DNA of 61,917 nt from a virus (IMGVR_UViG_3300014839_000001:1-61917), one strand, 5' to 3'. Positions 9,013-16,986 are shown, counted from the first letter of the stretch. Numbers and translations are program-made. The notes: generated by a model not told the origin, from the sequence alone.

Positions 9013-9153
9013 CAAACCGCGCCAGATAGTCAGTACCACTGCGAGCCCGCCATTGTGCGGGCTCGTGGTATGCCTGCGAGCTATCGAGCGGTGCGCGCTC
9101 GGATCGATCGGGCGCGTATCGCTGGAATGCTAGCAACCGGAAACGAGGGAGCT

Positions 9154-9375
9154 ATGAAACGAGCCGATGAGCCCGTGCCGAACATGTTCGCTAGCGGCGC
9201 TGAGCGCTCTCCTAACGTGCCCGCGCTCGAATCGCGGCCAACCGTACCGGCCGAGCGTATCTCCGAGCTACAAGCCGCGATGATGCGCGCGCAGCTCACG
9301 CAGGCACGCGCCCGAGCAGGCTACCGATCGCATTCTCAGCGGTATAAGCCGGAAGGGGATTCTAAGCGATTCTAA
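9154..9375 (+). CDS. Hypothetical protein
   Basis: GAGGGAG RBS before ATG 9154. Confidence 0.45.
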   Translation: MKRADEPVPNMFASGAERSPNVPALESRPTVPAERISELQAAMMRAQLTQARARAGYRSHSQRYKPEGDSKRF

Positions 9376-9756
9376 ACAATTGAAATTCGAGCCGTGCTAG
9401 TACCTTCGGCCGCGTTCGCTACGCGTTAGCGTCGTTTTCAGTGGCGTTTGCGTTGATTCTGGCGGGATTGTCAAACGAGGGAGGGAGAACTAACGAGCGG
9501 AAACAGTGAAAACCTAGCGTTTGACCGTCGTTGGTAGCAGTTTCGCCGCTGCATGCGTTCGCGCGCATTCTTGAAATCGCTCGAAAACGGCCGCGGTGTT
9601 GCCTGCGCTGGCAACTATGCCGACGACGACCGAAAATCGTGTTACCACGCTAACAGAATTTCAATACAGTTACCGAATGCCCTTTACGTTGTCATTGTTG
9701 ACAACTTTCCAAAGTGAAATACCACAACACTAAATTGAAATGAAAACTGCCCATCC

Positions 9757-9788
9757 CTGACACTGGCAAAATCGGTGAAAATTTTGGG
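9757..9788. repeat. 32-bp direct repeat, copy 1
   Basis: CTGACACTGGCAAAATCGGTGAAAATTTTGGG is identical to 10870-10901. Confidence 0.9.
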
Positions 9789-9816
9789 CCGATGGAAAAC
9801 GAAAGGAAACAAAACA

Positions 9817-10014
9817 ATGGAGTCACACACTCAAAGAAACAAGCAGGCCACGAGGGAAGCGCTTTACGACGATCCGTTTGTCAGTGACGCTGACTACGGC
9901 ACGCTAGTCGAACAAGCGATCGAGGACGACGAGACGGAAGCGCTACGGCTTGAGCGCGAAGAGTATCGCCATGATGAAGAGCTGGAAGCTGAAGGGCTCG
10001 ATTATTTGTCATAA
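9817..10014 (+). CDS. Small acidic protein
   Basis: AAAGGA RBS; strongly D/E-rich. Confidence 0.6.
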   Translation: MESHTQRNKQATREALYDDPFVSDADYGTLVEQAIEDDETEALRLEREEYRHDEELEAEGLDYLS

Positions 10015-10048
10015 CGCGCTGAGAGCATTTTCACAAACATAGCCAGTC

Positions 10049-10081
10049 AAGAGAGCGCCCGCATTGTCGGGCGTTTTCTTT
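10049..10081. terminator. Bidirectional terminator at the strand convergence
   Basis: AAGAGAGCGCCCG-CATTGT-CGGGCGTTTTCTTT. Confidence 0.7.
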
Positions 10082-10124
10082 CGGCGTTCAAAATGCTCGG
10101 CGTTGAAATTGCCCTACCTGCCGT

Positions 10125-10451
10125 TCAAAACAGATGCCCACAAAAAGGGCATTTCCTTTTGCGGCCAGTAGCCCGCTGCCCTGCCGGGTGCGGCTTATCC
10201 CAAACTTCCAAGTTCTTTTGTCGATTATCGTCCCGCTGCCCATTGACGTGATGCACATTTTCATTTTCACGTAGCGCCCGACCAAGCTTAGCGGTCATTA
10301 CTAACCGATGCTCTACTTCCCAAACTCCCGGTTCGACTTGACAATTCACATAACCGAGTCGCGTAACCGTTCGCGGCATCGCCGCGATCTCCTCCATTGT
10401 CCAGCTACGAGAATACGCAGGCTTGAACTGTCTAGCACTGCTCTGTCCCAT
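10125..10451 (-). CDS. HNH endonuclease
   Basis: EHRLVM...LGR.L...ENVHHVNG.RDDNR..NLEVW; C-terminal CPFC. Confidence 0.88.
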   Translation of the reverse strand: MGQSSARQFKPAYSRSWTMEEIAAMPRTVTRLGYVNCQVEPGVWEVEHRLVMTAKLGRALRENENVHHVNGQRDDNRQKNLEVWDKPHPAGQRATGRKRKCPFCGHLF

Positions 10452-10494
10452 GCCGTTAGAATAGCACACAGGCGTTCTAAGCGGTACTCTAACG

Positions 10495-10521
10495 AAAAGG
10501 CCGGGGAATGTCCCGGCCTTT
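10495..10521 (-). terminator. Intrinsic terminator
   Basis: AAAGGCCGGG-ACATTC-CCCGGCCTTTT. Confidence 0.75.
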
Positions 10522-10627
10522 CTGTTTCTGCGCGTCAGCGTGGCGTTCAGTTAGCTCAGCGTTCGTTTTACCCCTCCTACCGTTACCCCCGGTACCTATT
10601 TCCTCCCTCGTTGAAATCTACCGGCCT

Positions 10628-10656
10628 AGCGTATCACACAAATAAGTGAATTTCAA
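10628..10656 (-). promoter_or_regulatory. Promoter of a ~125-nt ORF-less transcript
   Basis: TTGAAA-N17-TACGCT with extended TG. Confidence 0.55.
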
Positions 10657-10687
10657 CTCTTTTTTTGTGGTATGATCCTGGGGTTTG

Positions 10688-10827
10688 AAATAGAACAGCC
10701 CCCTCTTGCGAAGGGGCTGCTCGTTGCCTGTGCTCACATCGTCGCCACGACGGAGCCGACAGGCGTGCCCGCGCGAGGGAATTGCGCGAGCTACGGCGCG
10801 TCCCGCCGCATGGGACGCATTCCGTAC
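10688..10827 (-). ncRNA. Candidate small RNA (three hairpins plus terminator)
   Basis: Promoter upstream; stems GCGTCCC/GGGACGC, GCTCGCGC/GCGCGGGC, GCCTGT/ACAGGC; terminator GAGCAGCCCCT/GGGGGCTGTTC-TATTT. Confidence 0.65.
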
Positions 10828-10833
10828 CGAGCC

Positions 10834-10862
10834 AGTGTAGCACCGGGCCAAGAAGCTGTCCA
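10834..10862 (-). promoter_or_regulatory. Promoter of the candidate sRNA
   Basis: TGGACA-N17-TACACT with extended TG. Confidence 0.65.
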
Positions 10863-10869
10863 GTTCTCT

Positions 10870-10901
10870 CTGACACTGGCAAAATCGGTGAAAATTTTGG
10901 G
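10870..10901. repeat. 32-bp direct repeat, copy 2
   Basis: Identical to 9757-9788. Confidence 0.9.
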
Positions 10902-10993
10902 GCTCGGTCATCGAAGGTGGTGCCCATCCCAAAAAAACCGTATCATCGTGATCCATAGCCCAAGACCGATTGCCGCAAAAATGTATTGCCACA

Positions 10994-11182
10994 TCAGAGT
11001 TTCCTCGCTTCGGCTGCTCGCACTTGCCGCTTGCTCACTGAAACGACATAGCCCCAAGCGTCACGGATTGTCACTACCCGCGCACCGATAGCGAGAACCA
11101 CGCTCGGGCGAAACGTTGCGTCGTAGGCAACTCGATCGCCCACCTTGATGACTCGGCCGTTTTTCAATTTCATCTGTTTCAT
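10994..11182 (-). CDS. Small basic beta-rich (SH3/KOW-like) protein
   Basis: GGAGGGA RBS; IKVGDRV motif; follows the tmRNA. Confidence 0.55.
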   Translation of the reverse strand: MKQMKLKNGRVIKVGDRVAYDATFRPSVVLAIGARVVTIRDAWGYVVSVSKRQVRAAEARKL

Positions 11183-11207
11183 CGTTCCCTCCTTCGGCGT
11201 TTGAAAT

Positions 11208-11556
11208 TGGAGTAGGGGGGAATCGAACCCCCGTCCGCGAACGCTATTGCCAATCACTTTCCTAACAGCTTTTTTGGGGGCGTGTGTGCCCTCCACCATC
11301 TTGTCTTTCCAAGATGCCAGTTCAGTCTTTCCCGAACCCGCCAGCTCTGTCCGAGCAGGATCAGCGATTGGTGCTGGTTACGCTGAAACCAGGGCCGACT
11401 CGGAGAGGAACGCTTCAATTTCAACGATCCCCCGAGCTGCCTCGTTTGCTACTTCGTCTTTCGCATTCACATTGTCCAATTCAGGACTTGATGCGGTAGG
11501 CCGCAACCCGCTGTAAGTAACTGCCACATTACGCCACGTCGAAACCGATCTACCCC
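11208..11556 (-). ncRNA. ssrA: tmRNA
   Basis: 5' GGGGTAGATCGGTTTCGAC; 3' GACGGGGGTTCGATTCCCCCCTACTCCA; G3.U70 pair; helix 2 pairings (ACAGC/GCTGT, CAGTTACTT/AAGTGATTG); tag frame 11464-11378; CCA not encoded. Confidence 0.93.
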
Positions 11557-11564
11557 GAGTGACA

Positions 11565-11686
11565 ATTGAGAGACGAACCGAGAGGAGTCGAACCTCTCGC
11601 CCGGCGTCAGCCTCGAACCCTCTGAATGGGCGTCCATGGACTCGGCCTTAGCATCCGGCGTCTCAGCCTTGTGCTCGTCTCTCAAT
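11565..11686 (-). ncRNA. tRNA-like RNA of unknown class
   Basis: 14-bp terminal stem stacked on T-arm CGAGAGG-TTCGACT-CCTCTCG; not a canonical cloverleaf. Confidence 0.65.
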
Positions 11687-11701
11687 CTTGCTGCCATCGT
11701 A

Positions 11702-12475
11702 CTACTTGCTCTTCTTCTTGGCAACTGCTTTCTTCGGCTTCGCGGTGCCACGCTTAGCGGCCTTCTTAGCCGCTACGGGCTCGGCCTTGCTCTTGCTGCC
11801 CTTCGGCCGTCCACGCTTCGCAGCGGGCTTGCTGGCCGCTTTCTTCGCCTTGCTGACTGTGTTCTTCCTGTTGGTGCTCGCCTCGTGCTGGCCGGTGCCA
11901 GTAACGAAGTCGAATTTCACGCGGGAGATGTTCCAGCGCAAGAGAGCCTCGGCCTCAGCCTTCGTGTACTTCTTGCCGGTTGTAGGGCTCGTCTTGAAAA
12001 GCTGCTGCGCGTCGGGCTTCAGTAGCTCGAAGCACTTGTCAACGTTGCCCCTGAACTTGCGGACAGCCTTGAGAATGGTCTGCCGGTTGCCCCGCTGTCC
12101 ACCACTCCACTCGGCCTTCCAGTCGATCGATTTGTCATCGATCAGATTACGACCGCTCGGGCCGTCTGCCTTCGGCTTTGTCACCTTGACAGCTTTCTTG
12201 ACGTTCTTGCTTCCAGCCGGTCGTCCGCGCTTCTTGGCAACCTTCTCCGCCTTCGCGGGAGCGCTCTTCTTCGCAGTCTTCTTCGCGGACGACTTCTTGC
12301 TAACTGACTTCGCAGGCGCGGCTGACTTCTTCGCGGCACCCTTCTTCTTGGCAGGAGCCGCCTTCTCGCTCTTGCCGTGGTTCTTGATTGCGTCCTGAAG
12401 CTCGGACGCGCTCATTGCCTTGTAGCCCTCGATGCCAAGCTGCTTCGCCTTGGCCCGGATTTCAAGTGTTCCCAT
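11702..12475 (-). CDS. Histone H1-like Lys/Ala-rich DNA-binding protein
   Basis: Many PAKK/AKK repeats, AT-hook-like KRGRP motifs, N-terminal Rho-N-like segment; GGAGGT RBS. Confidence 0.8.
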   Translation of the reverse strand: MGTLEIRAKAKQLGIEGYKAMSASELQDAIKNHGKSEKAAPAKKKGAAKKSAAPAKSVSKKSSAKKTAKKSAPAKAEKVAKKRGRPAGSKNVKKAVKVTKPKADGPSGRNLIDDKSIDWKAEWSGGQRGNRQTILKAVRKFRGNVDKCFELLKPDAQQLFKTSPTTGKKYTKAEAEALLRWNISRVKFDFVTGTGQHEASTNRKNTVSKAKKAASKPAAKRGRPKGSKSKAEPVAAKKAAKRGTAKPKKAVAKKKSK

Positions 12476-12527
12476 CTTTCAAACCTCCGTCTCGCTTGTC
12501 ATTGTCGAAAACTCACTGTGCCCCGGA

Positions 12528-12556
12528 ATGATACCGCCTTTTCATTCCATTGTCAA
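12528..12556 (-). promoter_or_regulatory. Near-consensus promoter for the H1-like/tRNA-like/tmRNA unit
   Basis: TTGACA-N17-TATCAT. Confidence 0.8.
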
Positions 12557-12921
12557 ACACGAAACTGAAAATGGCATTCGATCGCGGCCGTTGCTGCCTT
12601 CTTGTCGATCTCGGTCACTACGAGCTTGATCTGTTCGACCCGACCGCTATCCAACTCAGGCGCAAGCAGCTCTGCCGAAGCCCTGCGAATGTAACCCATG
12701 TGAATACCTTTGAGCGATGCTGCTTTGTCATCGGCGACCACAACCATGACCGCATTCGGATCAAATTTATTGTCCGGCTCTCGTTCGAGCCTTACGTGAA
12801 ACGGGCATACTCGCATGAGCTTGTCTCTGCCGGTAGCCGTAACGTGATGCTCTAGCCCCACGGCAGTCAATTCGATGTCCCATTTCTTTCCTACCTTCTT
12901 CTGTGCTGTCTTGCGCGCCAT
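12553..12921 (-). CDS. HIRAN-domain protein
   Basis: LEREPDNKFDPNAV.V...HMGYI motif. Confidence 0.85.
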   Translation of the reverse strand: MARKTAQKKVGKKWDIELTAVGLEHHVTATGRDKLMRVCPFHVRLEREPDNKFDPNAVMVVVADDKAASLKGIHMGYIRRASAELLAPELDSGRVEQIKLVVTEIDKKAATAAIECHFQFRV

Positions 12922-13048
12922 TACCGCTTCCCTTCCCGGCACCACGCAATTGTCAAGCAACGCTCGCGCCCGCCGAAGAACGAATAATAAACCATGCGGC
13001 AACCGCAACATAGATGACGATACCGCGCCCTAATTGGAATGAACTTTT

Positions 13049-13330
13049 TCATTGCGCCCTCCTCGGTCTGCCTACTTTCATTGTCTTGAAAATTCCCTCG
13101 ATCTCCTTGACTTGCGCGGGGGAGTATAGCCGAAAACTCAGCTCTCCCAATTGTACTCGTTTCGCTTGTGGAATTCGACCCGCTCTTTCCAACCGCTTGA
13201 TCCACGAAATGTCTTTGCGCACAACACGCGCAAGTTCCCCGATTGTCAAGTAGTCGCTGAACCGCTCGGGCTTGATGTGGCTGGTGCGCGGAGTACGCGA
13301 AGGAAAGTGCGGGCCGATTCGCTTTTTCAC
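13049..13330 (-). CDS. MerR-like HTH DNA-binding protein
   Basis: YLTIGELARVV...IKRLERAGRIP...RLYS. Confidence 0.75.
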   Translation of the reverse strand: MKKRIGPHFPSRTPRTSHIKPERFSDYLTIGELARVVRKDISWIKRLERAGRIPQAKRVQLGELSFRLYSPAQVKEIEGIFKTMKVGRPRRAQ

Positions 13331-13515
13331 GATTCTTCCAACCTCTTCAGAATCATGTTCGTGTACGGGTCTTCTGGGTCGATGTATGCCAGCATGCACA
13401 AGTCAGCCATACCGGGATTACCGATCTCGGCAAACGCTACCGCTCGGGCTCGTTTGAGCCCTTCGGGGTCAATGCGCGCGTCGGGTGACGGCTCAGCGTT
13501 GTAGATTCTGTCCAT
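13327..13515 (-). CDS. Hypothetical protein
   Basis: Tightly packed ORF. Confidence 0.5.
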   Translation of the reverse strand: MDRIYNAEPSPDARIDPEGLKRARAVAFAEIGNPGMADLCMLAYIDPEDPYTNMILKRLEES

Positions 13516-13516
13516 G

Positions 13517-14014
13517 CTAGCCCGCCAACCTTTTCTTCAAGTTGGCAACCTCATCCGTATCTTCCCTGCCCTTCGGCGTGAATTTCAAGTACGGCGCATT
13601 CGGGGTCACGATAAACGCAGACTCAATCTTTTTCAAGTCAAGTTTGCCTTCCTTGACCAGCTCATCGATCTTGGCCGGGTCAACTGTAATCTTGGCAATT
13701 TTCAAGAAACCGGCTTTGCCAAGAATCTTCTTCAGCTTGCCGTCATCCCAACGCGATCGAGACGCACAAACAAGTGAAATTGTATAGTCCGGGCGAGCAA
13801 CTGAGGGCAAGTTGTGAACGGTCATGAACTCTTTGACCGCTTGCTGAAGCGTTGTCACGTCGTCTTTTGTCGCAGAGTAGTCATACTCCTCTTCCATCTT
13901 TGCTTCAATTTCAGCAATCAGCTCCTTGTTCTCTTCGATCAACTCAATGGCCTGAAGCAGCTCTTTCTCGGAGGCGATTTGCCAACTCCCGTCTTTGCTC
14001 TGCTTTGGTGACAT
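13517..14014 (-). CDS. Gam/gp157-like coiled-coil protein
   Basis: N-terminal coiled coil, VD.AKI.EL motif. Confidence 0.45.
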   Translation of the reverse strand: MSPKQSKDGSWQIASEKELLQAIELIEENKELIAEIEAKMEEEYDYSATKDDVTTLQQAVKEFMTVHNLPSVARPDYTISLVCASRSRWDDGKLKKILGKAGFLKIAKITVDPAKIDELVKEGKLDLKKIESAFIVTPNAPYLKFTPKGREDTDEVANLKKRLAG

Positions 14015-15368
14015 ATTGTGTTTCCTTTCCCTTGCGATGTTTGACTTTGATTTTCATTTCCTTGTACGCTTTGCGTCGCAAATTCCATTGACGATGCAAG
14101 ACGGCAATATTTTTGTCAACTAGGTCGAAGATAACAGCATCCGTTTTGTCAGGGTATTCACGCAGGGCTCGCCCTGCTTGCTGAATGATCCGGCCGTCAT
14201 GCTTGCCAGGGAATGACAAAATCACGCGTGACAAAATCGGCACGTCAAGTGCTTCATCTGCAAGCTGCGTGGCAAGAAGGCATTTAACCTTCCCGGCCCT
14301 GAAGTCATCCAACCTTTGCGTGCGCAATTTCTTCGGCACCTTGGCCGTCAGAATTTCAACCGAGCAGTCAGGCTCTTGCGAGCGCATAGCCGCGAGTAGC
14401 AAGTCAAGGTGCTCGATCCGGCGGCTCAGCACGAGTACGCTATGCCCCTTGCTGATCTGACGCAGCGCGGTGCTAGCGATGAGCTTGTTGCGCCCCTCGT
14501 CTTCCACGAGCGCTTCGAGCAACGGCATCCAATCCCACCGACCGCGATAAGCAAACTTGAAATATGTGTAAAGCGGAATTGCACGCGTCGGTATCTTGGG
14601 TTTCATTTGCCGCTTGTAAATAACCGGGCCAATAACGAATTTCATAAGCGGCTCCATCCCGTCGGCCCGCTTCTGCGTAGCCGTGAAACCAAAACGGTTA
14701 TACGCAAGCGAATTGTTCATGACGACTTCCCACGTTCTTGCACTAGAATGATGACATTCATCGATGACAATTGTGCCAAACTTCTTATTGTCGGCAATGA
14801 ACTCATCGAGGTTTTTATTTACGGTCTGAATCATCGCAACTGTAATGTCACCTATCGTCCACTCAACGTCGTTGATCTTGCCAATTCGCGCATTAGGAAT
14901 GTCACTCTCAATCCGCTCGACCCATTGTTGAAAAATATCCTTAGTGTGAACGATCACGATCGCGGGTGTTTGCTTCTCTGCGATATACGCAAGGGCAATT
15001 TCACTTTTTCCGCTACCCGGTTGAGCTACAACAATTCCGCAGTCAGTGGCGAGCATTGCGTCTAGCGCGTCCTGCTGCCCCTCGAAGCTCTTCGCTTCAG
15101 ATTGATAATCAAGCGTCTTGTTGAATTTCAGTTTACGCTTGCGTTTGATCGGCGGCTGAACACGCGTATCCTCAGCATGCTCAAGTAGCCGGTCAGGAAG
15201 AAGAGCGAGCGCGCCGCGTGAGACTTGAAGCTTCCCGTCGCGGCAATGGCGAACGCAGTCAACCTCGTTGCGTTCGCCATTTAGGAAAGTGAGCTGCTTG
15301 AAAAAACGCTTGCGTTCGAAGAACGTCAGCTCGCTCTCGTTCAGTTCCAGATAAGTGCCGATCTTCAT
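13944..15368 (-). CDS. Superfamily 2 (DExH) helicase
   Basis: PGSGKS, IDECHH, TAT, Q.AGR.LR motifs. Confidence 0.92.
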   Translation of the reverse strand: MKIGTYLELNESELTFFERKRFFKQLTFLNGERNEVDCVRHCRDGKLQVSRGALALLPDRLLEHAEDTRVQPPIKRKRKLKFNKTLDYQSEAKSFEGQQDALDAMLATDCGIVVAQPGSGKSEIALAYIAEKQTPAIVIVHTKDIFQQWVERIESDIPNARIGKINDVEWTIGDITVAMIQTVNKNLDEFIADNKKFGTIVIDECHHSSARTWEVVMNNSLAYNRFGFTATQKRADGMEPLMKFVIGPVIYKRQMKPKIPTRAIPLYTYFKFAYRGRWDWMPLLEALVEDEGRNKLIASTALRQISKGHSVLVLSRRIEHLDLLLAAMRSQEPDCSVEILTAKVPKKLRTQRLDDFRAGKVKCLLATQLADEALDVPILSRVILSFPGKHDGRIIQQAGRALREYPDKTDAVIFDLVDKNIAVLHRQWNLRRKAYKEMKIKVKHRKGKETQYVTKAEQRRELANRLRERAASGH

Positions 15369-15596
15369 TCAAAAATGCCTTCCCCCAAGGGTGCCCTTTC
15401 TTATCGGAATCGGAATTTCATCGACACTGACAATCTCGGGATCGTAGTGCTCGTCAAGAATCTGCTTGACGGGCAGTGAAATAGGAGTATCTCGCAACTC
15501 AACTATCTGGCGAGCATCCTCTTCGGTGTCACAGTCAACTGCATATTGCACGCGCGCTTCCTCTCGGCATGACACGATAAACCTTTTCATTTTCAA
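15369..15596 (-). CDS. Hypothetical protein
   Basis: GAGGAG RBS. Confidence 0.55.
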   Translation of the reverse strand: MKMKRFIVSCREEARVQYAVDCDTEEDARQIVELRDTPISLPVKQILDEHYDPEIVSVDEIPIPIRKGTLGGRHF

Positions 15597-15623
15597 TCTC
15601 CTCTCAGTTGTCCCATGCGCGGC

Positions 15624-15652
15624 ATTGTATCAAACCCAGAGTCAATTAACAA
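15624..15652 (-). promoter_or_regulatory. Promoter upstream of the helicase operon
   Basis: TTGTTA-N17-TACAAT with extended TG. Confidence 0.5.
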
Positions 15653-15939
15653 GCGGCTGCTTTGGCAGCATGCCCGCGCTTGATGTTTTCAGCGTGAGTA
15701 ACGGCTTCAAGGTGAACGGGGTTGACGCAACCACGGTTTCGACACAAATGGTCAATTTCAAGACCGTCAGGAATTGGCTCAACAAAATGTTCGTAAGATA
15801 GACGGTGAGCATATTCCTGCCCATAATCAACTGAAAGACGTGCGTACCCAGCAGGCGTGCGCGCTCCCTGCCATATCCAACAGCCATTTTTATCCATTTT
15901 TACAAAGTTGATAAAACGCTTCAACGTTCTTTTGGTCAT
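15646..15939 (-). CDS. HNH endonuclease
   Basis: CWIWQG...GY...AHRLSY...[16 protein letters not shown]. Confidence 0.9.
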   Translation of the reverse strand: MTKRTLKRFINFVKMDKNGCWIWQGARTPAGYARLSVDYGQEYAHRLSYEHFVEPIPDGLEIDHLCRNRGCVNPVHLEAVTHAENIKRGHAAKAAAC

Positions 15940-15940
15940 T

Positions 15941-16609
15941 TTAACTTTCCCCGATTTCGTTAAGCATCCAATTCATGCAGCCGCAAGCGTCGTACACGTC
16001 TTCCGGCTGCGCTGGCTTAGCTCGACTTGTCACTGGCTTCGGCTTGAGTCCGTCCTTTGACTGGATCAAGTCAGGTAACTCAGGCAAGCCCCAATCGTGA
16101 ATTGCCCATTCCTTGACATTCCACTTGAATTCTTTTGTCCTACGTCCCTTGAAACCAATGTCAGCGGCGACTAATTTTTTCCAACTCTCTGAGTTAATTT
16201 CATAGATATTGGTATAGCCATATCTAAGCAAGCCGCCGACGAACGCTCCTTGTAATTGAGCCTGTTGCTTCAGCCATGCAGAATTTCCTTGCTTTGCATA
16301 TCCCATTGGCCACGGCTCTTCGATGGCGATGAAGATTTGGTCGCATTCGGCCACCGCGCCGCGAAGCCCTGACACCAGCGATCTTAGGAAAATTTCTGGC
16401 TTCGACGCATATTTCATCCGGTCGAAGTAATGGGTGCCGCGCTCCCAACGATTTGAGTAGATCGCTGGCCCGCGCATTTTGTCAAGTATGCCGTCGCTCA
16501 TGAACGCGCAGCCAGCGATGCTTGACAATGACATATCAATGCCGACGCATACCCACGTCGGCTTTGCTTTGTAAAGTTTCTTCTTCTTGGCTGCTGATTT
16601 TCTGGCCAT
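15941..16609 (-). CDS. RuvC-like Holliday junction resolvase
   Basis: VGIDMS, IAIEEP, WKK, EDVYDA acidic motifs. Confidence 0.75.
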   Translation of the reverse strand: MARKSAAKKKKLYKAKPTWVCVGIDMSLSSIAGCAFMSDGILDKMRGPAIYSNRWERGTHYFDRMKYASKPEIFLRSLVSGLRGAVAECDQIFIAIEEPWPMGYAKQGNSAWLKQQAQLQGAFVGGLLRYGYTNIYEINSESWKKLVAADIGFKGRRTKEFKWNVKEWAIHDWGLPELPDLIQSKDGLKPKPVTSRAKPAQPEDVYDACGCMNWMLNEIGES

Positions 16610-16695
16610 GATCCCCTCGGGCGGTTGAAGCAGAGCCCCGTCTGCTAGCGCTTGTTCGATTTCCATCTTGCACCTACCGATCTTTCGTTCGGCGT

Positions 16696-16986
16696 TCAAA
16701 TCCCGGTTCGGCGTTTTACCCCTCCCTGCCCTTCTTCACGCAATCTCACAACCTTGGCGGCAAGTACGGGAATGGCAGCCGCCCGCTCTTCAGCAAACTC
16801 CAACTGCTTTTCTGCGCAGCACAATTCACAACAATTAAGTTGCCCGCCATGAGTAAGTGAAAGCAAATCCCCAAAATGTAGCGTTGCGGGGCGTTCCTTG
16901 CAAAAAAGGCACTTCCCTTTAAGGGGGCATCCTTCGACAGAATGCGCGCATTGACAATTAACGCACCAAACAGCATAGTCGTTCAT
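16696..16986 (-). CDS. Cys-rich hypothetical protein
   Basis: CxxC motifs; coupled starts and stops. Confidence 0.5.
   Translation of the reverse strand: MNDYAVWCVNCQCAHSVEGCPLKGKCLFCKERPATLHFGDLLSLTHGGQLNCCELCCAEKQLEFAEERAAAIPVLAAKVVRLREEGQGGVKRRTGI

Noticed and set aside
11565-11686. Functional opal suppressor or Sec tRNA implying UGA recoding; also Y RNA (YrlA)
   Set aside because: No canonical cloverleaf; TGA ends many intact, coupled genes; no selA/selB or Ro60 seen; the T-arm is in standard rather than permuted position
11467-11751. 94-aa minus-strand ORF crossing the tRNA-like RNA and tmRNA 5' end
   Set aside because: Overlaps structured RNAs and the H1-like gene, with no good RBS; probably incidental
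11636-12398. Hydrophobic plus-strand ORFs (129 and 236 aa)
   Set aside because: Antisense shadows of the Lys/Ala-rich gene
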